A program made the translations under genes and the position numbers. 64,000 nt of DNA, from contig NC_085841.1 in the NCBI RefSeq assembly GCF_035594765.1, forward strand, positions 39,787,636-39,851,635, in the 5' to 3' direction. The notes below the pieces were generated by a model, which had not been told where the DNA came from, did no database searches, and was given only the letters and a program-made list of their open reading frames with translations. Below are positions 51,834 to 64,000 of this stretch, piece by piece (position 1 is the first letter of the stretch; every line of letters starts with the position of its first letter). The DNA is from Anolis carolinensis. Taxonomy: Eukaryota.

Positions 51834-52497
51834 ATCTGCATACTTCAAAATGGAAGGCCAGTTTCAGGGGTTCTGGTGTTATTGTTAACTTTTTCTTGAC
51901 ATCAGCAGACTGCACCCATTTGGTTTTGGGAAAGGCTATTTTTATCATTGCTAAACCTATTTTATGCATAGAATAGCTTTAACAATTGGCCTGGCAATAG
52001 TAGCCTTTAAATGGCCAGTCCCCCTGCCTTGTTGGAATTTAAAAGACCAGCTAAACAGTCTGAGGGAACTTGAGCTGTATTAGACTGTAAGGGTCAGACT
52101 GGCACCCAGAGCTTGAAGTTGTGATCAGCTTGGTCTCCCCAGTATTGTAGTCTCTGGACCAGCCCTTCTGTACATGCCAATGGACTTACTTTAGGAATCT
52201 TGAGTGAAATACGCTACTGAGCATATTTTGTCAAATTGTGAAAAGAGGAAGGGACAAATTGTGCCCTATATTGGATAGTTGCAGATGTGACTTTACAATG
52301 TGTTCTTTGTATTTCCTGCTCTTAATAATGGGTTTCATGCATACATCAGATTGTAGAGATCACAGAGCAGATCTAGCATCGCCTTCCATGAGAGGAGAAA
52401 ATCAACAAACCACAACAATAATTATCTTGTTTAGGAATCATTCACACCCTTGATCACAAACATTCACCCACACCAGTGGCCCAGATTTTTCTTTGAG

Positions 52498-52544
52498 ATG
52501 TATGTATGTATGTATGTATGTATGTATGTATGTATGTATGTATG
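52498..52544. repeat. (TATG)n microsatellite
   Basis: Direct inspection. Confidence 0.95.
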
Positions 52545-54789
52545 ATTTAGTGTGCATTACAGGGCGGCATACAGCTCATAAAATAATAAACAAATTATCT
52601 GGAATGAGATTTTCTCAATAATAATAATATCAAGTGGCCTAAATACCCTAAAGGACACAGCCCCTGTTTGATTTTGGATGTTGGACAGATTCAGCCCTTA
52701 GTATTTGATTTAGATGTTAAACTATCAGTGAATACCAGGTACTTTAGGCTACATTTCAGCAAAAAAGAAATGGCAAAACTATATTTGAATATTCTTTGGC
52801 TAAGAAAACTGGGTTGCCAGGTCAAGAGCAACCTGAAGATATACACAGAGTAGTGCCAGATGGGTTCAAATGTGGACTATGAGGGAAGATATTGGATAAT
52901 GTTACTTCATAAATGATATGATAGCTCAAAGCAGGAAACATTAGGTCCTCTTGGTCCAAAGTGAGAGAATTGCCCTGAATAGCAAATGCTGAGGAGTAGG
53001 GAGTGGTTGAAACACAAAGCTTTTTATGACACACAGCTTGCTCTGCGCCCCTAAGTTTGCTTGTTTCCTACAGCTGTCATGTAAAACATTGTCCCACCGT
53101 CTATGTTAAAAAGGATCCAGATAACAATCTGTCAGCTTCTGTATATGAAAAAAGAGCAAGGAAGACTGTTTTCCTCAGAAAAATTGCTAGGTCCCATTAC
53201 ACTTTTCACCACTTTCATTTAGACCAATCCTACTAAAATAGTGCCCCCTGCCCAGTCCAAATCCTTGAGCCATCAACTGTTGGTTCCAGGAAGGCTTCCT
53301 AAAAAAGAAAAAAAGGGAAAAAAGAATTATATATGCCCAACCAAGGCAATGCCAAGATGCAGCCAGGATAGAGCTTGCAGGAGCCCATCACGTGACACAG
53401 GGCTACTTCCAGCAGGGCTCTGTCCCAGCTGTGTCTCAGCAGCGTGTTGAGAAGCTGCCCTGAGAACACAGGTGACTATCTGTGTTCTCATTGACTAAGC
53501 TGGGACAATGCAGAATGAGGCCGGGGGAAGCTGGGAAATGCTGCCCAATGTTTTCGCTCCTCGGCCAACAGATTTGTCCCACAGCCCCACAGATTCCACC
53601 ACTGTCCCCCGGCTTATGAACCTCCATCTGATGAAGTCCCAAGTGCTGATCCATGCAACACAGGGAAAAATTGCTCATCTTCTACATCAGACTGTGTAAG
53701 TCAGTATTTCTCAGCATTTCTTATACAAGACCCAGTCTTACTGGATCACTAGAGATTAATAGATAATGTATGTTTTATGTTTTGGAAAGTTGCCTCTGCC
53801 ATTATCAAGATCACAAATCATTTCTATAAAAATCTGCAAGAAATTAAATAATGGCTGATCGAAGAAGTGCATTTAATTCTTTCTCCTTCTTGAATTGAAT
53901 TTTCAAGTTCAGGTTAAGTTTATGTTATCAGAACCAAGGGAGCACAATGCACTATTCTAACAGGGAGTAGTTGTTTTAGGCATTTAAATGATCTTAAATG
54001 GAACAATTGTTTTCTTTCCTCTTGGGTTTCCTCAGGGCATTTTACAAGAGGCCTATAGTTTTGTTGACTAAAGCAGGAAATCAGGGAGATGTCTGCTCAG
54101 CACACTGAAGCCAGACTTCAGCAGGAAAGCTGATTAACTCTGGGAAATCGGTAATGTAAAAAGCTGTCCCCCTGTTTAATTCCATGACCTTCCTCTGCAT
54201 TTATTATACCGCCCCAAGGATAAAGTCTGATATTACCAGGATCTAGCACCACTATTTTTTTCATCCTTATTGGGGATCTCTAGCTTACTAGAGACAGTGC
54301 AAAAGTTTAAGGAATGAATTTTCTCTGTGTGCAGCAAGTCAGCACAAGACCTACAGATCACTTAATTCACTTAAGCCCTTAAGTGGACTTGAGTAGTAGG
54401 AGAGACTTGTCTTGGCTCTTGGCGAAGAGAGGAATTTAAAGCTGGTCAAATAAGGATTCCTTGACGCTGCCACTTCCCCCCTCCTTTTGTAACACTGTTT
54501 TCCAATTTTTGGGCGTGAGTAATGGGGTCACTAAATGAGTGCAGAAGTGATGTTGCTACCAGATTAGTTACCAAAAAAGAGGCAAAGCTGTCTCTTTCCC
54601 TCAACATAGTTTTCCCTCAGACTGTACATGTGAAGAGAGTGCAATGGCAGACAGGACACCTTTTTAATAATTTGTATATCACCACCAGAATTGGGGAAGT
54701 TACTTTTTAGGTTATACACTGAGAGTTGAAATCCAAAAATAATTTTTCTGAGCTCAAAACACCCATGTTACTAAAATTTCCTAAAATTA

Positions 54790-56230
54790 ACTAAGCAACT
54801 TCTGTGCAAAAGAGAATATCATACTTTTGGAATGGTCCACTGAAACTAAAGTAGTGAAAGAGTCTATGACAAAATGGGCAACCAATACAGGATGCCCAAT
54901 AAAGATAGATGAATGGGAATGTATCTGGAACCAAAAACTAAAATATACATATGCATCCGACTTAAAAGAGAACTGGCATAAAAGGATGAACTGTTGGTAC
55001 ATGACTTTGTAGAAATTGGGAAATTATTACAAAAATTTGCAGAATAAATGTTGGAAATGTGGAACTCAAGAAGGATTCTACCATATGTATTGGATCTGTG
55101 AGAAAACTAGGAATAATTGGAAAGAGATTCAAGAGATATCTGAAAATAAAACTAAAATCCAAATGAAACCAGAATATTTTCTATTAGGTCTAACAGACAA
55201 TGACATCGATTTGGACACAAATAAGGAGCTTCTATTTAATTACTTAACAATAGCCGCAAGGTTGGAGAACAAAAGAAATCCCATTGAAAGATCAATGACT
55301 AAACAAAATGATGAGTATAATGGACATGGATAAATTAATGCAATTATTGAAGAAAAACACAGGAAAATTAACAAGAAGAACAGACTGGTGACTATTCAAG
55401 GAATTTATGAACTCTAAGAAAAAAGTGATATTTATATAACTTATGCAGTCAGATACAAAGAAGATGATCGTACATTTTGTGAAAAGGAGAAGCATACTTG
55501 GAAAAGAATCGATAGACTGATTATTGAAATGACCACAAAGAAGAGGATTGGAAGTTAGCACTCCCCTTTCTTTTTCTTTCTTTCTTTCTTTCTTTCTTTC
55601 TTTTTTCTTTTTTTGCTGTTCCTTTTTCTTATTTTTTTTTACCTTTGTTTTATTTCTTCCCCTTCCCAGTACCTCACTCGATGGATTGTCACCTTGACGT
55701 GGTGAGGGGGCTTGCGTGTTCCAATGAACCTGCGGGCACAACCACGGGAGTCACACACTCCCAGGAGTGGCCACAGGGGAGGATCCAGACCAAGAACAAT
55801 CCGAAGACCCTAAGACCTCAATGGCGGAGCAGGCGGAGGATAACATGTTACATGTTACAACGGTTGTGAAGGCGGAAGAAGGCTGCAACAGACTGAGAAA
55901 CCACTCTCGTTGTGTTAATCACACCACTGCTGGGACCTCAATTTGTGAAGACTGTGTGTTGACTGGCCATGCACCAACCTCCACACATTAAAAAAAAATC
56001 ATGCACAGGCGTCTTCCAAGAAATGGAGGACTATCATCCTCGAACTACAAGGGATTGCTTAAGAGAATATAAGACCTCACTATTCCACCCACTTCCCTTC
56101 CTATGTCCCCGAATCCCTCCCTACGACTTCTTCTTATAATTTCGCCTTTCCCACTCCCCTTTTAAGCCAAATTTTACCTATACCTGTTTTGATGAAAATG
56201 CTTAATAAAGACTATTTAAATAAACAAAAA
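54790..56230 (+). mobile_element. L1/Tx1-clade LINE 3' fragment (degenerate), with an insertion at ~55680-56065
   Basis: KCWKCGTQEGFYHMYWICEK is a CCHC-type ORF2 C-terminal motif. Pyrimidine-rich 3' UTR, AATAAA and A-rich end near 56205-56230. Confidence 0.7.
55680..56065 (+). mobile_element. Short non-autonomous retroposon with an RTE-type 5' end
   Basis: Starts ccttgacgtggtgagggggcttgcgtgttccaatgaa, resembling RTE/BovB 5' termini. Confidence 0.5.
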
Positions 56231-56690
56231 GAGAACACCATATTGTATCCTGTTCATGGCTACTCTTACATTTTGGAAGCATTTAATCAACTTCCCTTTC
56301 CATGTTAATTCCACCTGACCCAATCTAGCCAGCAAAATGTGGTTAAACATTCCTAGTATTATATGGTTATGTAAAAATAATGATGACAGTTATTATAGGA
56401 GTTAACAACACCTATGCTATCATTAAGAAACAGGAGTGGCTCATATTCCCATCAAGGGATTATGACATACAATGGAAAGTGTGGGAAGTGTATCTGGAAA
56501 AAGATCAATGTACCCGGATAGGGAGGCAGATATACTGACCCTGCAAATATTGCAGTCACAGTTTTCTGCTCATTGATCCCAAATGGTCAAAACAGTTAAC
56601 CTTTCTTCTATGTTCCCATAAGACACTTATGTAAAATTTACACTGAAATTAGTCAATTATATATTTTAAAAAATAATAATAAAGTAACTT

Positions 56691-56698
<8 letters not shown>

Positions 56699-56746
<48 letters not shown>
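56699..56746. repeat. (CT)n microsatellite
   Basis: Direct inspection. Confidence 0.95.
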
Positions 56747-56749
<3 letters not shown>

Positions 56750-57301
56750 AATTAAACTTCTCCAATTGCTATTGATTCTGACCCTTGTCTCTTACTGGCC
56801 CTGGCAACGTGCTTCTCCCTTGGGAATGATTAGGCCTAAAAGCTAATAATTGGTAAGCAGACCATCTGCTCCTTCTTTTTCCACACCTAAATCTGGTTCA
56901 TTCAGACATTTTGGGTCAGTCTGACATCTACTGACCTATGTTGGCTGTCTCAATGCTTTTCTTCTCCCCTGTTTCCCTATAATCAAAGTATTATTGTCAC
57001 ATGGGGTTTGTGCATGGGGTACACATACACATAGTTTGTGTAGATAAATAATGCAGATACGTTGTTTTTAGTATGTGAAAAACAAATAGAACAGAGAAAT
57101 CAATAAACAGCCTTGTGGGAGTTTTGAAACCTTTAATGGCTCAGAAAATGGCAAAGAAGGAATAGAATATTGTTAATGAAACATGTTAAGTTTGTGCATG
57201 ACAGATAGTTACCCCAAAAAGGAGGAAAGGGAAAACAATTTCAAACAAGGACTCCTCAGTTGCGGAAGTAGAAAACTATATTGAAGATAACACATGGACA
57301 G

Positions 57302-57567
57302 CAGGCATGTAGCCGGGGAGGGGGGGAAGGCTTGAGGGGCTTCACCCCCCCCCCCTCCAAATTCTCAGGGTGGTCTGCAAGAAGGCCTTACATTTATGAT
57401 TTAAACTATTATGTTTATTCATATCATGATCTGATCACCATGCTCAATATATCCCATATGCATGGGGATATTGGGATAACGATACAAAAGATTTGCTAGG
57501 GTAGATCCTCTCTCACTCAAACTCAGCCCCCCCCCCCCCCCGAATCAAAATCCTGGCTACGGGCCTG
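57302..57567. mobile_element. hAT-type MITE with exact 8-bp TSD
   Basis: TIRs CAGGCATGTAGCC / GGCTACGGGCCTG. TSD ATGGACAG (57294-57301 and 57568-57575). Confidence 0.9.
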
Positions 57568-57825
57568 ATGGACAGGTAGTAGTGAAAGATATGGTCCACA
57601 TGCATAATTTCTGAAAGAGATATAGTGTGACACATTAATACCCACATCTTAAACACATATAGGGCAGGGGACTAGTGGATTCCATGGTGCTTGGTTGTTC
57701 TCCTGATCCACATATGGAGGCACCTTTGGGGCAATTACTGCGACCATCAATGTTGTTCATCAATGTTGTTATGTGGAAGCAGAGGAGTCTCAATTCAAAA
57801 TTGGGCTATCTCCAGTTTTATTAAA

Positions 57826-57992
57826 TGCCTCATCACACTAAAGCATGAGTCCACTTTAAATCTGGTTTCTGCCTCCTGCAGAACTCTGGGGTTTGTTGTT
57901 TGGTGAGGCCCAGGACCTGTCTGGCTGAGCTGTTTAAAGCCCCCTCCCTAAAGTGGATTTAAAGTGGATCCAAGCTCTAGTGTGATGAAGTC
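57826..57992. mobile_element. Palindromic MITE (PIF/Harbinger-like)
   Basis: catcacacta.agc.tg..tccactttaaatc at the left end and gatttaaagtggatccaagctctagtgtgatg at the right end. Confidence 0.55.
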
Positions 57993-60900
57993 CTAAGATT
58001 CACAAAGCCTTTTTGTTCCAGTCATGAACATTCCAGATATTGGTAAGAGAGTAACATTCCTCAACATTTTGGTTATTTCTGTATTTCCTTTTATCTTTTT
58101 CACAAAGGCGTGTGGGAAAACTGAATACTGATGAAACCAAGGCCTTTCATCATATCTTTTGGTGAAAAAAAAAAGCTAAAGGGCTTATTTCCTCTTTTTT
58201 TCTAGTTCAAATATAGCTGTATAACAAAGTAGTGAAGAAAAGCACCACTATGTAATAATGATGAATACATGAAATTAGTTTGCTTATGAGTAAACTCATT
58301 TATCACTGTAATTGATTTATGAATGCAGGATTCTAGGAGAGTATAATCTAGCACATAATAAACTAGATTGTCTACTTGACATGAAATGAGTTAGTCAGCT
58401 GTACCTTTATCTGAAGTAACTTCATATTCTGCTCTACACATTAAAAAACCCAAAATTGTCAGTATTCATTGTAATCTATTCAAATGACAAAGGAGCAAAA
58501 TGGCTTTGAAATACATTCAATTGCTGAAATTTGCAACTCTGATCTTGGCTCACATCTTGAATAAAAAAATCCAAAGCAGGGGGTCTCATAACTAAAAAGA
58601 AAAGTGGGGTTGCTTGTAGTAAAGGTATAATTTTTTTCTCTTTTGCTTTGAGTGGCTTTTTGGAAAAAGGCAGAGTATAAATAACTGATTAGCTAGATGA
58701 CAAACTATCTCACTACTGTACATAATCATGTATAAGAAAACCCACATGTATAAGTTTAAGGCAGGTTTGGGGCAAAAACCATGATCTGTGGATAAGTCAG
58801 GTGTAAAACTAAGAAGCATGTAACAAAGGATGAAGCAGAGGAAAATGATGCCAAAATCTTTTCTTTCAGGTGAATCAGACTTGGGCTTGATGCCAGGAAC
58901 TCTGGGTGGCAACTGGCAATGCTTGACAGACCTGCAGCAGCTATTGAGATAAAGTCAACCAGGAAAAGTTCTGTGAATTTGTCAGCAGAAAGAGAAAGAG
59001 AAGTTATCAAAAAACAAGCTTGTTGTGGGTCTTGCTGGAGTAAGACACAAACAGTCAAGTGAAGGCATTCTTCTCACACCATTATATTGCAGTGGACACC
59101 CACCCACTGGGGCAGCTGGTATTTTCATGTCAGTGGGCAGTGAATGTACTCTGGGATTCTATCTGAACTGTAATAGAGTTGTTAATAGAGTTTTGGACAT
59201 TGGGTTCAGTAGCTTGGGAAGCTCTTTTAAAATTCAGAATGTCTGGAACAGATTGTCCAACTAGAATAACAGAATCACAGAGTTAGAAGAGACCATAAGG
59301 GTCATCCAGTCCTGACATGTAGGAGCACACAATTAAAGCACTCATTACATATAGTTATCAAGCCCCTGTTTAAAAACCTCAGAGAAGAAGACTCCACTAG
59401 ACTGACATGGAAGCCACCACCATCTGCTCTTCCTCCCCTCTGAACTTAAAGCTTCCAGATTAAAAGTCCTTACTGCTTTGAGCAACAAGGAAGCTTATTC
59501 TTTGTACCACAGTTAGCAGCAATGTCATACTAAGTAAAGATGTCTAGATAAAGCTGGGAAAAAGTCCTATCTGAAGCCCTAGAGAGCCATTTGTAGTTGA
59601 GAATATTGGGCTAGATGGACCAAAGGTCCAAAAAGAAGTATCTATGTTTCTGCTTTCAATATTTCCACATTCCTTGTTCTGTTCTGTCTTTGTCCTAAGT
59701 TGATCTCTGCTTGCAATGCTATAGTTCCACCTTCAAGGGTAAAAATATGCCTGGCAAGGAACAGGAAAGAAAGCAAACAGGGTGCAGCATCCCACAGATT
59801 AGGAGAACTCTGATGTACTGTCACCCCAGGAACTTTCTATATAACACAAGGGCAGACAACTGTGACACATATGTTGTTGGAGAAATGTCTACTATCTGTT
59901 GCCTTTGTCTATGGTAACGAGCTCAAAAATGTCTAGAGTGCTGTGGTTGTATGCCTCTAATGGTAAACTACATAAAAGGGATGATAGTGTTCCTCTTAAA
60001 AGTCTACTCTAAAATACATCAGAAAACCTATTTGGAATGCAAAAATTATTTAGAATCTATATTGATATTTATCACCCCATAAATTTTGTAGTATGCTCCT
60101 TGTAAGATAACAAGGAATTATCTACTTAAGTACAACTGACAAATATTCAGGACTCTATCAAGGCTGGGCACTAATTTTTTCTCAGCAGAAGGGAGTATTG
60201 TGGAGCTAACTTATTCTTTGAGTTCAAGTGTTTTTGTGTTTCTGGCTTTCTTCTTGGATTTCTTCACCAGCATACTACCTATGAGTGTTTGAAGGTGTCC
60301 TCTGGTAAGTCTCAGTCTACTTTAAATATAATACTATACATTTAGGTATTATACTATACATTTAAGAAGAATAGGGCCTTGAAATTATTTATCAATAGTT
60401 AACACTGGAGATACAAACTGAGCAGATACAGAGGTCATCTAGTCTCAGACTTCCCGACTATGGGAAGATTTATCATCTTTACTAATGTTATAGGAATTAT
60501 TTCTAAATTTGTAAGTACAAGCTATACTAACTAGTCTAAGAACACAAGGTGTAACATAAGCAAATATAAGCATATAAACTAGTCTAAATAACATGTTCTA
60601 AAATAAGCTGGCATAAGTATATTTTTCTTTAGAATCACTATTTTTCATAGGTAGGGTGTGGAGATGAAATGTGATTAAGATATTCCTTTGGCTAAATAGT
60701 CTAAGTGGGATCCTAGGAGGTCCATTGACCAATCTAGCTTTTTACCACATCTGCTAACCATATGTTTTAAAACAAAAATGGGTCAGGGCAGAATACTGAG
60801 AAGAGAGGAATCAGCAAATTCTTCAAGCTCTCCATTCAGCTAATTGGATTTGTTTCGAGTCTAATTTACAACAGAGGTTAAGCCTTTGCTAATCAAAATC

Positions 60901-62359
60901 TAAAACCAAAGAAAAACTGAAAGTGATATCCAACATTTATGTATAGTACGTCTTTGGGAAAGCATTTTAGAGTGTCACAACAAAAACACCTTATATACGT
61001 AGGCACCTTAAAGTCCAGTACATTCTTTACATAATAGGTTTTTTTCGGAGCCAAATCTAAGCCTCCTAAGAAGTAGACTCTAGCCATGAAATAGTCCTAT
61101 AATTTTGTTCTGTTAAAATTGCCTAAATTGGCCCTGCAGGATATCCAGGATGTGTATATCAGTTATTATGTGTTAGAAATTTTTCTCAACAGGCAGAGGC
61201 AGATGCTGCAAAAGTGTGATGGGAAATATTTACATGAGTTGGCAGGTAACAGCTGACTTTCATGTTTATAACTATGAAACAAAGTCTATAACTCTTACAT
61301 ACAGTGGCATCATGAGCCTACATAAATACCTACAAATGTAGCAACAGATGTAATGAGAAATGAGTTAGCTTCTGAAACTGATAATCCATCTAGAATTGCC
61401 ATAAGTTGCCAATGACTTGAAAGTAAACAAAGCAACAACAGCATTATAGTGTTGTTGTATCTGCAGAATTTCTGATTTATGTACCAAAACTACTAGTTAA
61501 TCTTGAGCATCATCCACTTGGACCTGACAATTGGCACTATTTCCTGTTCTACCTCAAGCAGCAAATATAGGCTTTAAAAGGAAGCTCAAAATGTGTTTTA
61601 CAGCATTGTTGGGGAAGAAACCATGTCAGGATAACATTTCTTTCTTTAGCACATTTGTTTCCCAACCCAGAAAAGCCATGATACCTGAAACAAATCAAGG
61701 GAACTCAGTGCTTTTTGTAGTTGTTTATAATTATAATGAAAACGACTTTTATGGAAAGTAACATTTTAAAGTATAGAACAGGAATTTATGGTTTTTCATT
61801 CCATTAATGTTAATTAAACCAGGGCTTTCTCTCACATTGTTGTAAATTCATTGAACAAAGTGCATCATTTATAGTAAGTTTTGTAGGTATTCTTTCTTAC
61901 AAGTGATCTCTCTTATTTGAGAGCTGGAAATCTTGTCCCTCAAGAATTTTCAAGATGTGAGTTTTCTCTCAAGTCCATGACTCTGGAATGCCTTTAAAAT
62001 AGTCATTTTTCTCATAGTATGTATTATTCTGCTCATTTAGGAAGTGTCAGCTTCCCAAAAAAATCTGACCTATGGATTTTCTATTAATACATGATGAAAT
62101 GATGCAATAGCTATGGTAATTGTATGTGCATATCCATTTCTATTATTTTTTCTTCAACCAGCCTGAAGATGTCTGTTTCCTGGCATATCTTTTAGTTACC
62201 CAAACAGGACTACAAGATTTCTAGCCCACCAATCTAGATGCAGTAGACTGGGGCCAAACAATGGACACTCCCCTTCAAGGCAACCAGCAAAACCAGGAAT
62301 TCTCTCTCAGTCATATAGTTGTTTCCAACTCTTCGTGACCTCATGGACCAGTCCACGCC

Positions 62360-63208
62360 ATCTTTATTTTTATTAAAGCAAATAAAGTTCCAAAAGGAAA
62401 TAAGCAGCAAAGTTGAATAAGCAATTAACCTTCCAGGAAAGATCAAAATTAGTCCAATAAGTGAAAGTCTTATGTCCAGTATTAGAGTCCAAAGTCCAGA
62501 AACCGAAACACACTCAAACTCGGCCCGAGTATTGAGTGGGGAAAAAAGGATCAAAGAGGCAATAAGAGTTCTCTGGAGTAAATGTCCAAAAGCAGGATTT
62601 CAAAGCAAGGCAGGAACTAGATGAACAGGAGCTGAAACGCAGTCCAAACTTGGGCAAGGAGGTAGATCGGCGCCTGGTCTACTCAAGAGTAATGCACCTT
62701 CAGGCCGCTTGGATTCCAAGAGCTAGAGACGATGTTGCTTTCCAGTCAGAAGTAAAGTTGACACCGTGAAGGAAAGTTCTCAGCGCAATACTTTTATTGA
62801 AATTCATAAACTCCCCCAATCCAGGTGCCTGAATCCCTAAAATTTCCCAAGAGAACTGAGCTTGTCACAGTCACCGCGCCAGGTGTCTAACTCCCAAATT
62901 CTTCCCAAGAAAACAGGGTTTAGCCATAGTCTCCACGCTCCGCTAATCTGGCGCGTCTCCGCAAACTTTGTCTTTGCGATCTTTCTGTTTGCACAAATGC
63001 CCTACGATTAAACACTAAACCTTCCGGAGAATCTGGGAGAGCCGGCACAGTTTCAATGGCATCCTTAATTGGCCCTGGCTCGGAGATGTCAACATGAGGC
63101 ATCTGGAAAAGAGTTGAATCTTGCTGACATGGGAAAAAACCCAAGTCTTCTTCGTCCTGGACAGTAATGGCCACAGGGTCAGGGGCCAAAGGTGCCCTAG
63201 ACATAACA
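62360..63208 (-). mobile_element. Solo LTR, family B relative, 3' end lost or replaced by an RTE fragment (62310-62360)
   Basis: Minus strand starts TGTTATG at 63208. The 3' part resembles 7440-7590. U3 ORF 63204-62920. No second TSD found. Confidence 0.75.
62920..63204 (-). CDS. LTR(U3)-encoded 94-aa ORF, family B
   Basis: ATG at LTR +5. Aligns with ORF 7981-8244 (AI...DE...GF.P.QQ....F..P.VD; F.RR; RR..R.A). Confidence 0.55.
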   Translation of the reverse strand: MSRAPLAPDPVAITVQDEEDLGFFPCQQDSTLFQMPHVDISEPGPIKDAIETVPALPDSPEGLVFNRRAFVQTERSQRQSLRRRARLAERGDYG

Positions 63209-63475
63209 GGTGGGGTGAGTGGGGGGGGGGGGGGGAGGAATTTTGCTCAGTCTACACGGACGCTCGGATGAGCGAAGATCGAATTAGCGGGGCTTTACTG
63301 TACATACAAATTAGCATTATGCACATTTTTCAGAGGTATACTTTGTTTACCCCCACTCCCTTCCTTTTCTTGTGGAAGGTTGATGTGAAAGTGGGCACTT
63401 GAGCCAGAGCTGAGTCTTGATTTGGGTGACTTTAGCAACATGCTTTTTTTATCACATCACTTTTTCATTTATGGG

Positions 63476-63752
63476 CAGGCATGTAGCCGGGGGGGGGGGC
63501 TTGAGGGGCTTCAGCCCCCTCTCCCCCAAATTCTCAGGGTGGTCCATGAGAAGGCCTTACATTTATTATTTAAACTGTTGTGTTTATTCATATCATGATC
63601 TGATCACCATGCTCAATATATCCCATATGCATAGGGGTATTGGGATAATGATACAAAATGTTTGCTAGGGTAGACCCTTTCCCGCTCAGACTCAGCCCCC
63701 CCCCAACCAAAATCCCAGCCCCTCCCGAAACAAAATCCTGGCTACGGGCCTG
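63476..63752. mobile_element. hAT-type MITE with exact 8-bp TSD (same family as 57302-57567)
   Basis: Same TIRs. TSD TTTATGGG (63468-63475 and 63753-63760). Confidence 0.9.
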
Positions 63753-64000
63753 TTTATGGGTAATTATTATTGGAATCAAGTCCAGTTGTAGCTGGCAAAT
63801 ATGCACCAGGAAACTTCATGTAATTTTAAAATACTTTCCTTTGAAGAATCAACTTTTAATTGCAGCCCACACCTCACTGCATGTGCACGAGTGCTTGATA
63901 GTGCATCCCATGTCAATGGGATACTGAATTGACTCCAGGTCTTAGTCTGAATTTTAAATATACTATCTAAGGTTCAACACTATGTGGTGTCAGAACCCTG

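Noticed and set aside
63209-63240. G-run next to the LTR as a polypurine tract
   Set aside because: The LTR is on the minus strand, where this flank is a C-run. No internal proviral sequence adjoins it.
63988-64000. TGTCAGAACCCTG at the window edge as another LTR terminus
   Set aside because: It resembles the ends at 1761 and 7376, but only 13 bp are visible and cannot be supported.

Overview
This is AT-rich squamate DNA. The repeat content (Sauria SINE, Helitrons, L2, RTE/BovB, Penelope, R4/Dong) fits an Anolis-type lizard. The only host gene recognised is CDC42BPA (MRCK-alpha) on the minus strand. Its CpG-island promoter/5' region is at about 33.3-33.8 kb and its first coding exon is 32081-31904. 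Positions 1-31903 are probably intron 1, and 34-64 kb is upstream, repeat-rich DNA. The most notable signal is a set of five Gypsy-like solo LTRs (TG...CA ends; 5-bp target duplications at four). All five carry an open reading frame in U3, and it always starts at LTR nucleotide +2. Two divergent pairs conserve the protein through synonymous-rich divergence. The peptides contain an acidic FxGF motif (like LEDGF/TFIIS-N-domain ligands) or an RRSxRL-like motif (like nucleosome anchors). This suggests an LTR-encoded chromatin-tethering tail. Penelope-derived hammerhead ribozyme motifs and several hairpin/tandem structures are also present. Repeat family names come from recall of motifs, not from database searches.
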